This document shows, in pieces, positions 26,301 to 38,689 of a stretch of DNA of 64,000 nt. The notes beneath the pieces were generated by a model. The model did not search any database, had not been told where the DNA came from, and saw only the letters and a list, made by a program, of their open reading frames with translations. The first letter of the stretch is position 1. The number at the start of each line of letters is the position of its first letter. Origin of the DNA: Podospora anserina (Eukaryota). Position numbers and translations under genes: made by a program. Location of the stretch: assembly GCA_017654855.1 (NCBI GenBank), contig CM030333.1, positions 5,022,001 through 5,086,000 of the forward strand, written 5' to 3'.

Positions 26301-28059
26301 AGAGTTTTGCTGGGAGAATACGAGCAGAAAAGTTAGCGAATGAAGCGGCACAGATATCGCGAGGGTAAAGGTGAATCGGGCTGCTTACCTCACCCACCAA
26401 TTGCGCGCAGTGATTGGCTGAGAAGGCCCACTCTCAGTTTCTGCAAGGCCCTGAGTTCCCGCGGTTCCAGTGGCTGCTTCTGCTCAATCACGGTGGTCTG
26501 CTATCCGCTCAGACAGGGCATGCTCCCCTGCCGCAGGCTAAGACGATGGACCAGTAGAAACAGAGCATTGCATGCTGGGGCCCCGCCCGCTCTCCCTGTT
26601 CGATCCATTCTCCAATCCTCCACTGCACCACCCACCTCCAGCTGCGCACCAGGCGGCCAGTCGTTCCAGGGCAGTTGATATCTCCTTTCCTGTTGCTCTG
26701 CTCTCGTCTTCTCTTTTTTCCTTTCTGCAACGCCAGCAAACCGCCCTTCCTTTTCACCCTCCCCCTCTTCCTCTCTTCGTACCGCCGTCCTTGTGTCGGT
26801 GTCACCGTTGCCCGTCATTGTCGTCGTTGATTGAGAATCCATCCATTTTTTCTTCACCGCGCATTCTCTCGACCTACACAGAGCACAGCACAGTTTCGCC
26901 AAAACAGCACCAAAAAAAGAGAAACACCACAAAAAAAAAGGAGAAGTGAATATAGGCAAAGGAAAGGATCCGGAAAAGCGCGCACATCAGCATCACCTGC
27001 ACCGAAAAACTACTTTTAATCCTTGTATTTTATTTTTGCGCCCGCTTTATTCCACTTCGTCGCCGCCATCGCAAGCCTCGGTACCTTTTGGGCAGCCATC
27101 ATCAATCTCTTCGACAACTCCCACTATCATAACCAACTTAATTCGCTCAGAGGGTGATATCGCAGCAGCAGAAAACGAAAGAAGAAGCAAGACAAGACAG
27201 AGTACAGCACAGCACAGCAGCACCAGAATCTGGGAACACAGGATAAAACCTTGTTCGCATCTTTGCACCTCCTGGAAAGAAAGGAATAAGCTGGTGGATT
27301 TCCCAACGTCTTTGACTCGTGTCTGCGGGTGTCCCACACAAAGCGCGCAACCCCACGTGTTACCCGGATTTGGACGCGCCGGTCTCCAGCCTGTCTGCTG
27401 ACTGTGGGCTCCCCTCCCATCGCCACCGCCTGTTAAGCCAGAACCGCACTGGGCTTTTCCAGCACCTACTTCCTTCAGCGTACCCTTCACCTTCCCTCCG
27501 ACAAAAAAACCCGCCTTTTCTCTTTCCCCTCTGTCCGCGCTGGCTTTGCCCGCTTTCTCTGACGCCCTTCCGCTCATTCAGCATCACAGTCTTTTTTCCT
27601 TCGTCTTCCCCATCGACAACTGTTAATTCCAAACCATCAGCACCGTCTGTCTTATTGGACTTGGCTTTTTCTTCTCTTTCGGGACCAGCATCTTTGCATC
27701 ATCTTTTTTTGCACTTCCTCCACGAGAGAGGAATAGATCTCATCGCAGAAAGTTAAACGTTCGACCACGTCTCTCTCTTCTTGCGACCTTTGGCATCATC
27801 AGTATATGCTTCTTAATTTCTAACTTTGACTTGAACGTTTCTACGCAACCTCGTCCTCGTCCTCGACCTCGACCGGGCTTCGATTTCGATACCCACCACC
27901 ACTTCGAGCCAGAGCGATCGCGCCAGGCAGTTCAAAGCTCCATCCTTTCAGCACATCGGCTCTTTTCGCCAGTTTCGATATCCGACTCGTGCTATCGCGT
28001 AAAGAGAAAGCCTTTCCCAGCTCTCTCCAGACATATTTTTGAGTCCATACCACGTTGTA

Positions 28060-29862
28060 ATGGGCCCTGGCGGTCTCGCTCAAATGTCTCACCCTCCCTA
28101 CAACACCACCCACGGCCTCGGCATGGCTTCCTCTGGACTGGCGTCCCGCCGTGGCGGTCAAAATCTCAAGCCTCTCTCGTTCGAGGGTATGAAAACCCCA
28201 ACTGAGCAGGATAACGGCCTGCCGACTCCCCGCACCAGCCGCGGCCATCTCCTCGCCGGTCTTCGCACCGCACCCAAGTCGGCTATGGCCTCCAGCTTCC
28301 CCAACAACGGTCCCGCTTCACCGACCGTTCAAGGGCCAGCCGGCCGGAACAACCGCAACTCCATGGGCCCCGGTATGTTTGACAACATGTACGGCGGACC
28401 TAAGACGTCGATACCCCGGTTCGGCGGTGCCCACCAGCAGCAGGTTCAGCAGGCTCAGCAGCAGCAGGCCTACAATGTCGGTGGTGGTGCTGGTGGATAT
28501 TCGCAGCAGCACTACACCACAGAGCAGATCCTGGCCCCGCCTCAGATCCAGCTTGATGATGTCTCGCAGGACCAGCTTGACCCCAACATCCATGCTCAGC
28601 TGCTGTACACCAATGCCTACCTCTCGGAGCAGCAGCAACGTCTACAGCAGCAGCTTAAGGCTTTGCAGGCTGCCGCCCAGCAGTTTCAGGGGCTCAATCT
28701 CAATGCTCAGGCTCAGCTTATGCAGCAGCAGAACTCCATGATGCAGCAGCAAGGTTTCCCCAACATGTACCAACAGCAAGCCCAGCTTCAGGGTATGATG
28801 GGCCCAACCACTCCTGACGCCAGCAATGTCTACTATGACCCCCGCACTGGTCAAATCTACATGGACCCGACCCAGGTGCAGGTACAGGCACAGCTTCAAG
28901 CGCAGGCTCAGGCCCAGCTCAATGCTCAGTACCTCCAGCAAGCCCAAGCGATGCAGGCGGCCATGCAACAGCAACAGCAACAGCAACAGCAAGCCGGTCC
29001 TGGCGCCCCTCGTGTGCAAGTTTCCCCCCCTCCCGAGGCGAGAAACAGCTTCCGCAGCCCCACGCCCCCTCGTCGCTACGATTCGCCCCTTGTTGAGAAC
29101 CCAGCACCGCTGCCCCCTCCGAGCGCCAATGCCTTCCGTCGTGGCCATAAGAAGATCCCTTCGACTGTGACTCCAAGTGCCAGCAAGACTTCTCTGACTA
29201 TTTCGACTGGTGACGAGCCGCTCAAGACTGCGGCCAGCAGTCTCAAGACGGGCTCGTTTCCGCCTATGACCCCTCTGACTTCCGGCTATGGCCCTGGCCA
29301 GGCTCGTGCTGGAGAGCACCCTGTCCGCCAACCCCGGAACCCTCCCTCGCTTGACGAGCTCAAGTCCAAGCCTACTGCCAAGCACGACGGAAGCAAGAAC
29401 TTTGTGACTCGCACCCGGCGTACCGTCATCAGCAACATTGTTCGTGCTGGCATGGAGCGCCGCAAGGAGGCTCGCGGTTCCGGGAGCGTTAGCCCTGTTT
29501 CTGAGAGTGCCGAGGAGACGGTTGAGACACCCGTCACCGACAATGACAGTGATTCGGGCCGCAGTGGATCGGGCAGCCTGGTTGAGCGTGATGATGCCGA
29601 GTGCAGCCTGCCCAGCTCGCGTACCAGCACTGGCAGCTGGGGCGCCATTGGTTCCGATCGTCCCAGCTCCCGTCAGAAGTATGAGCGTCGTGGCCCCGAC
29701 AGCGCCTCGTCATCGGATAACGAGGGTCTCCGCGACTCGGGCAGCTTTGCCAGCCTTCTCAAGAACAGCTCTCGCCGTGTCAAGCCCGATACTGTCGAGG
29801 GTCAACGCAAGGCTGCCATGCTTGTTCTCACCAGCTCCGAGAAGCGCAAGCTTGTTGTCTGA
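28060..29862 (+). CDS. Conserved fungal Gln-rich, largely disordered hypothetical protein
   Basis: Intronless ORF of about 600 aa from the first ATG at 28060, with strong codon bias. Conserved-looking islands PTPRTSRGHLLAGLRTAPK, PPPSANAFRRGHKK and PVRQPRNPPSLDELK..GSKNF. Confidence 0.85.
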   Translation: MGPGGLAQMSHPPYNTTHGLGMASSGLASRRGGQNLKPLSFEGMKTPTEQDNGLPTPRTSRGHLLAGLRTAPKSAMASSFPNNGPASPTVQGPAGRNNRNSMGPGMFDNMYGGPKTSIPRFGGAHQQQVQQAQQQQAYNVGGGAGGYSQQHYTTEQILAPPQIQLDDVSQDQLDPNIHAQLLYTNAYLSEQQQRLQQQLKALQAAAQQFQGLNLNAQAQLMQQQNSMMQQQGFPNMYQQQAQLQGMMGPTTPDASNVYYDPRTGQIYMDPTQVQVQAQLQAQAQAQLNAQYLQQAQAMQAAMQQQQQQQQQAGPGAPRVQVSPPPEARNSFRSPTPPRRYDSPLVENPAPLPPPSANAFRRGHKKIPSTVTPSASKTSLTISTGDEPLKTAASSLKTGSFPPMTPLTSGYGPGQARAGEHPVRQPRNPPSLDELKSKPTAKHDGSKNFVTRTRRTVISNIVRAGMERRKEARGSGSVSPVSESAEETVETPVTDNDSDSGRSGSGSLVERDDAECSLPSSRTSTGSWGAIGSDRPSSRQKYERRGPDSASSSDNEGLRDSGSFASLLKNSSRRVKPDTVEGQRKAAMLVLTSSEKRKLVV

Positions 29863-30949
29863 GTATGTTTTGTTTTTCACAGGCCGACACTACGAAGGAG
29901 GAATAATGGACATCGGATAACAACATCTTTACGCTAATTACGATCATGCCCTACGGTTTCCTTCTTACGGCCGGTGATGAGGGCCGTTCGTGACAGGATC
30001 GGCGTGCCATCCTCACGTCGGTGAATCAATTCCGGACGGCTTCATGACGTTTTTTTTTTCGCCTTTGCGTACGGGGATGACCGGGAAACTGGGGTTTTGC
30101 TTCGATGCTTGGGGTGGCGTGAACGTTTTCGTTTCATATTCACTTCTTGCAACATGATTTTGGCTGGGACTGGGTTGGTGCATTTTCGGGACAAGTACTT
30201 ACTTTTGACGCTTTCGATTCGTTCTCGACATTGCCTTGAGCCGTGTCACATAGTTTTGCGTTGGTGGATTGTTGCAACGGTTCATTTCATTGCGCTCATT
30301 TTCCCCGACGTTTACGACTGCGCCCGTTTCTTTGTCGATTTTGGACGGTGATCTACATGGCCTGGGAACAGGCAGGCCGGAGCTTTGGAGTGAACCGTGG
30401 GCCAGTTGAGTTGGAGAGATTGAGGAGAATAGCCATGGCTATTTGGTCATGATGCTTGGAGGGCAACGGGAAGGGTGAATCAAGCAGGGGAAAAAGAAGG
30501 GGTATGGTTCACTTTTGTCGCTGATTTTTCCACGCCAGCACGTCTGTGCTGATTCTGCTTCGGGGAAACAGCCGATGGTCAAGGTTAATCAGGCAGAACG
30601 AGGCAGAGAATTTGTAGATAGGATATCAATCAACTTAAGTCTTTACACATACTTCACTCTTCACTCTCGGTACCGGGGCAGCCGATTGCCGTATCTAAAG
30701 TCCGGGAAGGCGGGGTATTTCCCAGATGCCCCGCTGATGCCGGCCGCGAAAGCCGACGCTTTTGCAAAGCACCTCTCACCTATGATGTCGTGCTCCGAGA
30801 AAGCGATTGCAACTTGTTTGTCGGACATAGCATATCGCCGAATGTGTGTTTCCCATGCTTAAAGCTGTTGCTCACTTTTTCTTTTTTCCCTTGCTTTGCT
30901 GGCTCACAAACCTCTCATAAAATTCCAACAGCAGAGAACAACAACAAAA

Positions 30950-32066
30950 ATGTCACCTCTCATCACTTCCACGGGCAAGCCCCGCGTCATTCTCGGCTTG
31001 ATGACCTTTGGCCCAGATGAGGAAACCGGCGCCAGAATAACCGACGTGGGGGAGTACAACCGCGTTCTGGACCTGCTGCAGAGCAGAGGTTACAACGAGG
31101 TCGACACAGCGAGGCTGTACATCGGGGGCAAGCAGGAAGCCTTCACTGCGGAGACGAACTGGCAACAGAGGGGGCTGACTCTGGCGACCAAGGTGGTGTA
31201 CCCCAAGGATGGAGGAGAGAACACCAAGGAGAAAGTCCAGGAAAGCGTGGCCATCAGCTTGAAGGAGCTGAAGGCTGAGGCGGTGGATATCTTGTACTTG
31301 CATGCTGCTGTAAGTTGAGCTTGTAGATCGGGTGCCTGTCGGTGCATCATGCTGATCCAACGGACAGGACCGCTCCACTCCCTTTGCGGAAACACTCAAG
31401 GCCATCAACGAGCTTCACAAAGCCGGCAGGTTTGTCACTTTTGGCATCTCCAACTTTACCGCCTTCGAGGTTGCCGAGATTGTCCTTACGTGCAAGTACA
31501 ACGGCTGGGTCAGGCCAACCTTGTACCAGGGCATGTACAACGCCATCACTCGCTCTCTGGAGCCCGAGCTGATCCCCGCGCTGAGACGCTACGGCCTCGA
31601 TCTCGTGGTCTACAACCCCCTCGCCGGCGGTCTCTTTTCGGGCAAGATCAAGACCAAGGACTTTGTGCCTGCCGAGGGGAGGTTCAGCGACAGCACCACC
31701 ACGATGGGCAAGATGTACCGCAACAGGTACTTCAAGGACTCCACCTTCCAGGCGCTCAAGATTGTGGAGGAGGCGGCGGAAAAGGCGGGCATCACGCTCA
31801 TCGAGGCGGCGTTGAGGTGGGTGGTGCATCACTCGGCGTTGAACATCAAGGCCGGGAACGACGGGGTGATCATTGGGGTTAGCAGCTACGAGCAGCTGAA
31901 TGGCAACTTGACGGATCTGGAGAAGGGACCGTTGCCGGAGGAGGTGGTGAAGGCGTTTGATGAGGCGTGGAAGGTGAACAAGGCTGATACGGTGAACTAC
32001 TGGCACGGGGAGGTCAAGTATGGGTATGATACGAGGGAGGCGCTTTTTGGAGCTGGTGCTAAATAA
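30950..32066 (+). CDS. Aldo-keto reductase, aflatoxin B1 aldehyde reductase (AKR7)-like; exons 30950-31309, 31368-32066
   Basis: Motifs LGLMTFG, DTARLY (catalytic Asp/Tyr), LATKVVYP, DILYLHAA|DRS, FGISN, YQGMYN and YNPLAGG. Canonical intron 31310-31367. Confidence 0.92.
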
Positions 32067-32718
32067 CTGGGTCACTACAAGCAACCCTTTCCGTATGCAG
32101 GGAAACTTTAAATCGACATCAGTTGTTTTGGCTGTTGTTCAGAGGTCCATAAGGGCACCATGGCTGGAGCTTATGACAACGACAGCTAGGGCAAAGTCCA
32201 GCATTCTTGTCGTAAAGGTAGCACTTGAGCACCTTGTCCACCCTCGGACTGCTGTCTTCCCAACGCAAATTAATCCGAAGACAGCACAAGTTCTAGCGGA
32301 ATCCGAGCTCTCGCTCTGGCTACCAGATCAGGGATCCAGCTGTAGTGCACCCTGACAGAGCTCCGTTGGGTGGCAGTGCCCTCTTATTGGCCACCAAAGG
32401 TGTCACCACGTCCGAAATGTTGACAGCACGCACTCCTCAGCCCTACACATTGGCACCGTCATAGTTCATTGTTGGTCCCAATAAACAAGAAGTGGCGTTG
32501 AAGAAAGCCCAGCGCCAAGAGTGTGCCGCCTTTTGCACTGCCTCTTATTTCCATTGAACTGTACCCACAGAACGTGATGTCCAGTTGAGATCAACATGGA
32601 GCACAACTTATAAACCCATTCAATCGTCCAGAACTTGGCAGTTATTTCTGAGCTTCAATTACATTCCCATTGTGTCTATTCTTTGCCCTATTGGACTTGC
32701 TTACCATCAACCACCAAA

Positions 32719-33402
32719 ATGGCCTACCAACTACCCCCCTTACCGCAGCCCATCGCGGTGTTCGACCAGTTTGTCGCTCGGCAAACCGAAACACTGGTCA
32801 TCAAGGAGAAGTTACTCGACAGCTTTGACATCAAGACACACACAGGGCAACCTGTGCTTCGAGTTCAGGGTCAGCTGCTGTCTATGAGAGGACGAAAGAC
32901 GGTCACGGATTTGGGGGGTGCTCATCTATTCGACATCGTCAAGGAGATGCTCCACATACACGCCACATTTGCTGCAAATAGTCAATCTGGGGAGAGGCTG
33001 TTGGAGGTGAAGAGTGGTTTTGCTTGTAAGTTTTGACCAAGAGTTGCTTGCTGTTCTGCTTCATCAGGTAAGGATCAAATGTTGACGGCTATGGGGTGAT
33101 AATTAGTGGTCGGTTCCAAAGCTAGAGCAACATTTACAAACAGGCGAACTGGCCAGCCTGTCACTCTTTTTATGAAGGGCAACTGGATTGACACGTCGGC
33201 GGATATTGTTGATGAGGCCACTGGCGCCGTGGTTGCGAGGATTGACCGCAAGTTGTTGAACATGAGGGAGGCGTTTCTTGGTCAGCAGACGTACCACCTC
33301 ACGGTTGCGCCAGGGGCTGATATGGCTGTTCTGGTCGCTATTTGCATTGCCCTTGATGAAAAGAACAATGAGGGACAGGGTGGGTTCTGCACAGTGATGT
33401 GA
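32719..33402 (+). CDS. LURP-one-related / tubby C-terminal-like (DUF567) protein ending in a CaaX box; exons 32719-33025, 33107-33402
   Basis: Motifs TLVIKEK..DSFDI, LSMRGRK, MKGNW, VARIDRK and QTYHLTVAPGADMAVLVAICIALDE. Intron 33026-33106. Confidence 0.85.
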
Positions 33403-33814
33403 TGGGGAAGACGAAGGAAGGTGGTGGTGGATTGGTTATATGCATTGCTACAGAATTTATACCCCCTTTTGTTTTCTTTCTTGTACCTGATTAGAACAAA
33501 ACGCATCTGCCAACATCAGGAACCCATCTCATCTTTGCTGACCTAGTTACCTTGGGAAGTGTCAGCAGCTTTGAACATGGGCACGAGCACTCACAACCCA
33601 AACAATGACATCACCCGGGGGGCTTACAGTCTGGAGCAGCACCACAGATTGCCACTGATCTCCAAGAATCGCTCAGACACTTTGTCATCGTGACGGAATC
33701 TTAGCCTACAGCTTGCCATCACCAAGTCAACCGCCATGGTCTTTTCTAGAGCCAGCCACTCGATGCTGCCAGAGCTCGTGGGATGACCTGCTTTGACGCC
33801 TTCAAACCGCCACG

Positions 33815-35844
33815 ATGTCAATACACGCAAGTCCACTCGAAGACAGCCAGGACAGCGTTGCCCAGATACGACCGCCACCACCCAAGGCCGACAACTGGCG
33901 AGACGCAGTCTATTTCTCCACTATAATTCGGCACAGTTCCAAAATCTACGAGTTCTTTGGGATCTCGAGATCCTCAATATCATCGTCCCTAACTCCACCG
34001 ACCACTGTTTTCATGTCGGCTGCCCTCACACATCAGGACACCCCACAAAATGGAACTGGCACCCCAACGAGCACAACCATGAGCGGCCTCCTCCCCATCC
34101 AGACCGGAAGCACCCCCACAACGCAAAGTTGGCAGAGCCCCAAAAGTGATACGGGAAGCTATCCTAGCTCGAATGGGGCTGTTGAGATCGCTAGAGGGCA
34201 ACCGCCAGAAACCCAACGCCAGGAAACTGAGAGTCCAGTGCTTCCAAAGGTTAGGCGCCATGGCGTGTACGGGATGGACAGGTTCAAAAGTGGCTTCAAA
34301 TACGAACCAGATGAGCCCGGGCGAGCACAGGCTGGCGGCATTTTCCCGACTCGCACGATATCACGCACCCCGACAGCGACAAGCAGTAGACATGCTAGCA
34401 TCACTCGACAGCGGTACACGTCTGATGCGACGCAGACGCTGATGGATGTGGAAAAGACGGAAAGGGTGAGGGCAGAGTCTTTGAGGAGGCCGAGCCTTCA
34501 TCGTCGGTGGGGGAGCCTTTTGCAAAGCGCTTCCCCTCTGTGGTACGGATTCCCAGATTGTGTGTGTTTGTTCTGGGAGAATGACGGCTAACTCTGTTTG
34601 ATCTTTGACTTAGGTTCGCCACGCCAGCCTCCCTCGCGCTGCTGGCGATGATTATGCGCCTTCTTCCCAGGATATCGATCGACTTTCAAGGCCTCAGGAC
34701 GATATCCGACGTTTTCTTCATGGGGGATTTGATCTTGTTTTCGATAGCCACTCCCTTGTTCCTCCTTCGAGTGGGGTTCTATCCCCGGCGCAATCTGTCG
34801 CTCCCGATCATTGAGCGCGATTCCCTTCAGTTTGCCTACCTTCCGCTCTGGGCGACTTCGTTCCTGGGTCTGGTCATGTTTGCGGGGTTTGTTGTCGCCG
34901 AGGGGAGAGTCCACCCGGCACCGGGGTGGGGCATAGCGGTGTATGTTTGCTGGTGGATAGGAATGGTGTGGGCTGTGGCGACTGGCTTTGCCATCCTCAC
35001 GGTTCTCATGTCGAGCAGCAGCGTCAAATCCAAGACGGCGCACGGCAGGTTTGCGCCTCTGCTGGCCGTGTTGGGGGGTGTCACTGGCGTTGCGACTGGT
35101 GCGCTGATTGGGGCGGCGCTTTGTCTCCCTGGAGTCGGGGTGAGGCCGGAACAACACAGGATATTTGACGACAGGCTGGCTGAGCCGGTGATTTTCTTTT
35201 CGATTTGCGCCGTGGGGGCCGTGTTGGTTTTGACGATGATTGTCTACTCGGTTTTGATGCATGAGCTGCTGCTGGTGACCGGTTGGCCACCACCGGAGCT
35301 GACGACGGCCATATTCTTCTTCATAGGCCCTCTCGGCCAAGCAGGAGCTGCGTTGCTCTTCCTTGGGGACGCTGCTGGCAAGGTTGTTTTTCCGCCGCCA
35401 GCAAACTACGGCTCTGATTTAGGAGGCGTTGTTCCCACGGCAACGGATTCAGGGGTTAGTGGAGACGATGGCGTGGCGCCAGCAGGGGGCATAGCGATAC
35501 AGCACAAACTGAGCCCGTCCCTGGCGACTTTGCCCTTGAACATGATAGGGTTGACATTCGCCTTGCTTCTGGCAGGAATGGCCATCACTTGGCTGGTACT
35601 TGCGTTTATCAACCTGCTTCACCGCATGTCCAGGCGCGAACTGTACTGGAATTCGAGCTGGAACGGCCTCGTTTTTAACATTGCCACCATCTCCATCACT
35701 TCGCTCTGGCTAAGCTTGTCGTTGGAGTCGCCATTCTTTCGCATTGCGACTTGTATCTTTCTGATACTCTCGCTGTTAACTCTACTGGGTAATCTGGTGT
35801 TTCTCGTGTGGTTGGCTATCAAGTGCGGGTATTGTGTTAGGTGA
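33815..35844 (+). CDS. SLAC1/TDT family (malate/sulfite/C4-dicarboxylate) transporter-like protein; exons 33815-34542, 34614-35844 (start uncertain)
   Basis: Intron 34543-34613 joins SPLW|FATP. About 10 TM helices. Motif FFFIGPLGQAGAAL and WN.SWNGLVF resemble TDT signatures. Confidence 0.75.
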
Positions 35845-36078
35845 TAGGGGAGCATGATTCACTTGGATATCTTGTCGATATTAGTCGTCTCCGAATTAGT
35901 ATACCTAGGTAGGTACTTACTATGACATTGAATCTGAGGTTACACTCAATCATGATTGGTTGCATCAAAAGCGGAAAAAATCAACTGGGGGTTATAGGCA
36001 ACGGAACTCTTCCATTGTTTCTCACCTTGCGGGGCAACACCGAACAATTTCATCGTCACCGCAACCAAACTTATCATC

Positions 36079-36915
36079 ATGAAACTCGCCGTCGCCGGAT
36101 CAACAGGTTTCGTGGGGGCTGAGGTTATCCGTCAAGCCCTTTCCGATCCACAAATCACATCTCTTGTCGCGCTCGGCCGGCGCCCAGCTACCACTCCCCA
36201 GAACCTCGGACCAACTGCCGACGTCAGCAAGCTCAAATCGGTCATCATCGATGACTTTGGTGCGGACTACCCGGACAGTGTCAAAGCAGAGCTCTCCAAC
36301 GCCGATGCGTGTATTTGGTATGTTCTTTGGGTAGGTCATGTATTCGTTGTGTTTCAAGCTAATAGACCCAGGACGATCGCCATCACGCCGGCGAAATCCA
36401 GGTCGTACCCCTGGGAGCAAACAGTCAAGGTCTGTCGCGACTACGCCATCAAGGGTATCGAGACAATCAGTCAACTGTCGCGCAACAATGCAAACGGCAA
36501 GCCCTTTCGGTTCGTGTACATTAGTGGGTACAACTGTGAGCGAGACCAGACAAAGAAGCCCATGTGGCTTCTGCGAGATTACCTGCTGATGCGTGTACGT
36601 TTGTCATCCTCTGGTTCAATTAGGTATTTACTAACATCACGTTAGGGGGAGGCCGAGTCGCGCATTCTGGAGTTTGCACAGAAGTCCCATGGTGCCGTGG
36701 AAGTCCTTATTGCAAAGCCGGGCCTGATCATGGGGTATGGCAGCATTGTACCTGTCGTTCAGCGAGTTTTGATGACGGCGGTTGGGATACCCAAGATTGC
36801 TGTTGAAGAGATAGCAGCTGGGTTGTTGGATCAAGTTGAGAATGGGTTTGAACGAGACACGTTGATGAGCGAAGATTTGTCGAGGATTGCCGCGAAGAAG
36901 AGGGGAAAGAAGTGA
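36079..36915 (+). CDS. NAD(P)-binding Rossmann-fold protein (atypical SDR / nucleoside-diphosphate-sugar epimerase-like), 3 exons
   Basis: Motifs MKLAVAGSTGFVG, ADACIW|TIA, FRFVYISG, MR|GEAE and IAKPGLI. Introns 36318-36371 and 36595-36645. Confidence 0.88.
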
Positions 36916-37119
36916 TTTCTGGTGTACAGCTTCTCAGGGTATCAGATGCAAAACACATTTCATTTCATCCTTCCAGGATATTGCGGTGCAATTTTCTTCT
37001 GTCCATCTTAGAACCATTCACTCTGTTGGAAGCAAGCCCATATCCAAATGGGAAACCCTGAATGCCCTCAAAGCTTCTCTACCTCGGCCGATACGAAAAG
37101 AAAGCATCAAACTCATCTC

Positions 37120-38689
37120 CCAACCTTTATTCCCAACTCGTCGCGATCCAAGGGCGTGCTGTTCTACCTAAGAATGTAGGAACTAGATCCTGACGTACAA
37201 GCACAAGAGCCTATCAACTCCAGTTAGAGACCAGGGTCTATCTAAAGAATAAGATGGTTATGGAATGTGCTTACCTTAAGACGATACCAATGGGTTGCGC
37301 CCACGCCCTATGTGTTGAAAGCATTTTAGCTCGGGCCTTCTGGTTCCAGGCAACATCAATGGGCACTTACTTCATTTCCCATGTACCCGTCAACCTCTTC
37401 TTCCACCATCACAGAGTCGAAGCCGGATTCAACGAGGATACTGTCCCGATCAAGCATGAGATCTTTGCCCACCACCTTTCCTTCCAAGTCAAGGAATCTT
37501 TTAACAGAATAGGTCGCGCCGTGGGGCGAGCGATCGTCGATTTTGTACAGAAGGCTCTTCGGCTTCCTTGATCGCATATGGATATCAATCCGATCAATAT
37601 ACCCACCATTATCATCATCATCCTCATTATATTCCGATTCATAAAATCATCCATGCAACTCCGATAATCTTGCTTTTCCAAGGAGAGCGACGAAGAGTTG
37701 GAATGGAAGCTGCTGAGAGAGATCTTTGAGAACACGGGCCTGTGCCGAGTCTCTATTCTTCAGGGCAGTGAGCGAGACATTGGCTTCGGTGTATTCATAT
37801 TCCAGGATGTGATACACAGACTCCATGTCTTGAGAGTCCAGCCATTTCTGAAGAGCGACGCGAAGGGCTTGAGTTTCGGAAGCTAGGGAGTGGCGGCATG
37901 GGGCGCTCTGGCGTAGGATCGATGGCGAGGTTGTAAGTCAAAACTAACGATAGCCGGAGGTGACAGGTAGAACCTCGTGTGTCACGTCCGAATACCAGCA
38001 GATGAACAATTGTGCGGCTTCGGACGTTTTGTAAACCTTGCGGCTGGCCACAGTGTGTGGCTACCACGTCACCACCCTCATGCGCTGAAGGCAGGCAGAT
38101 GACAATTGTGCCAAACATGCCGGGTATCTTTTCGGTGCTGTGAAGAAAATCACTTATCAGCGACAACCCCCCCAAAAGATTATGAGCAGGTGATATCATG
38201 AGACTTCAGGTTACTCGGTGTGTGGTTTGAAAAGGGCACCCTTCTCGTAGATGAGCATTTTGTAAAGTTCAGCTCTAATGGGTGCGTCGATGCCCAGTTC
38301 CTTGCCGATCTCGGTACAGGTGTCGTTGAGGTAACCTGGCCATTCTGTGTTCCGGAGCTCAAACTGCGTAGGGCCCAGCTCCCGCGTGTTGCGAACCGTC
38401 GTATCAACCAGAGTCTCGTTTCCCTTGCCATACGGGGCTTGCCGTGCGCGCTTGATCAACTTGCCTGCCTGGGATTGAGACAGAAGCATTTTCACATGTC
38501 CAACATTACGAACGCAGATGCCAGCAGGGGGGTGGGTCGGAAGTTGGTCGCAAGTAGCAAAGCATCCCGCTGGCTGGATGGTTTTGAGAGCAGCAGTTAG
38601 TTGTGCTTTCCGCGCTTCGTACTTGGGAGCGACAGGAGACGGGGAGTGCCAGTGGGGTCCTGGGAGTCGAAGTGGTTGAAACTCGCCAT
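37120..38689 (-). pseudogene. Pseudogene of a fungal 2OG-Fe(II) oxygenase (prolyl-hydroxylase-like) domain protein
   Basis: Family motifs QAPYGKG..TLVD..VRNT, LYKMLIYEKGALFKPHT|D, MFGTIVICLPSAHEGG, WYSDVTHEVLPVTSGYR, LTYNL, HILEYEYTEANVSL and GYMGNE|GVGATHWYR are spread over different frames. At least four single-base frameshifts; the C-terminus decays. Confidence 0.85.

Noticed and set aside
35900-35920. TACCTAGGTAGGTAC palindrome; similar TAGGTAGGTA motifs near 6698, 46147 and 47662
   Set aside because: Short simple-sequence motifs with no target-site duplication or element boundaries.
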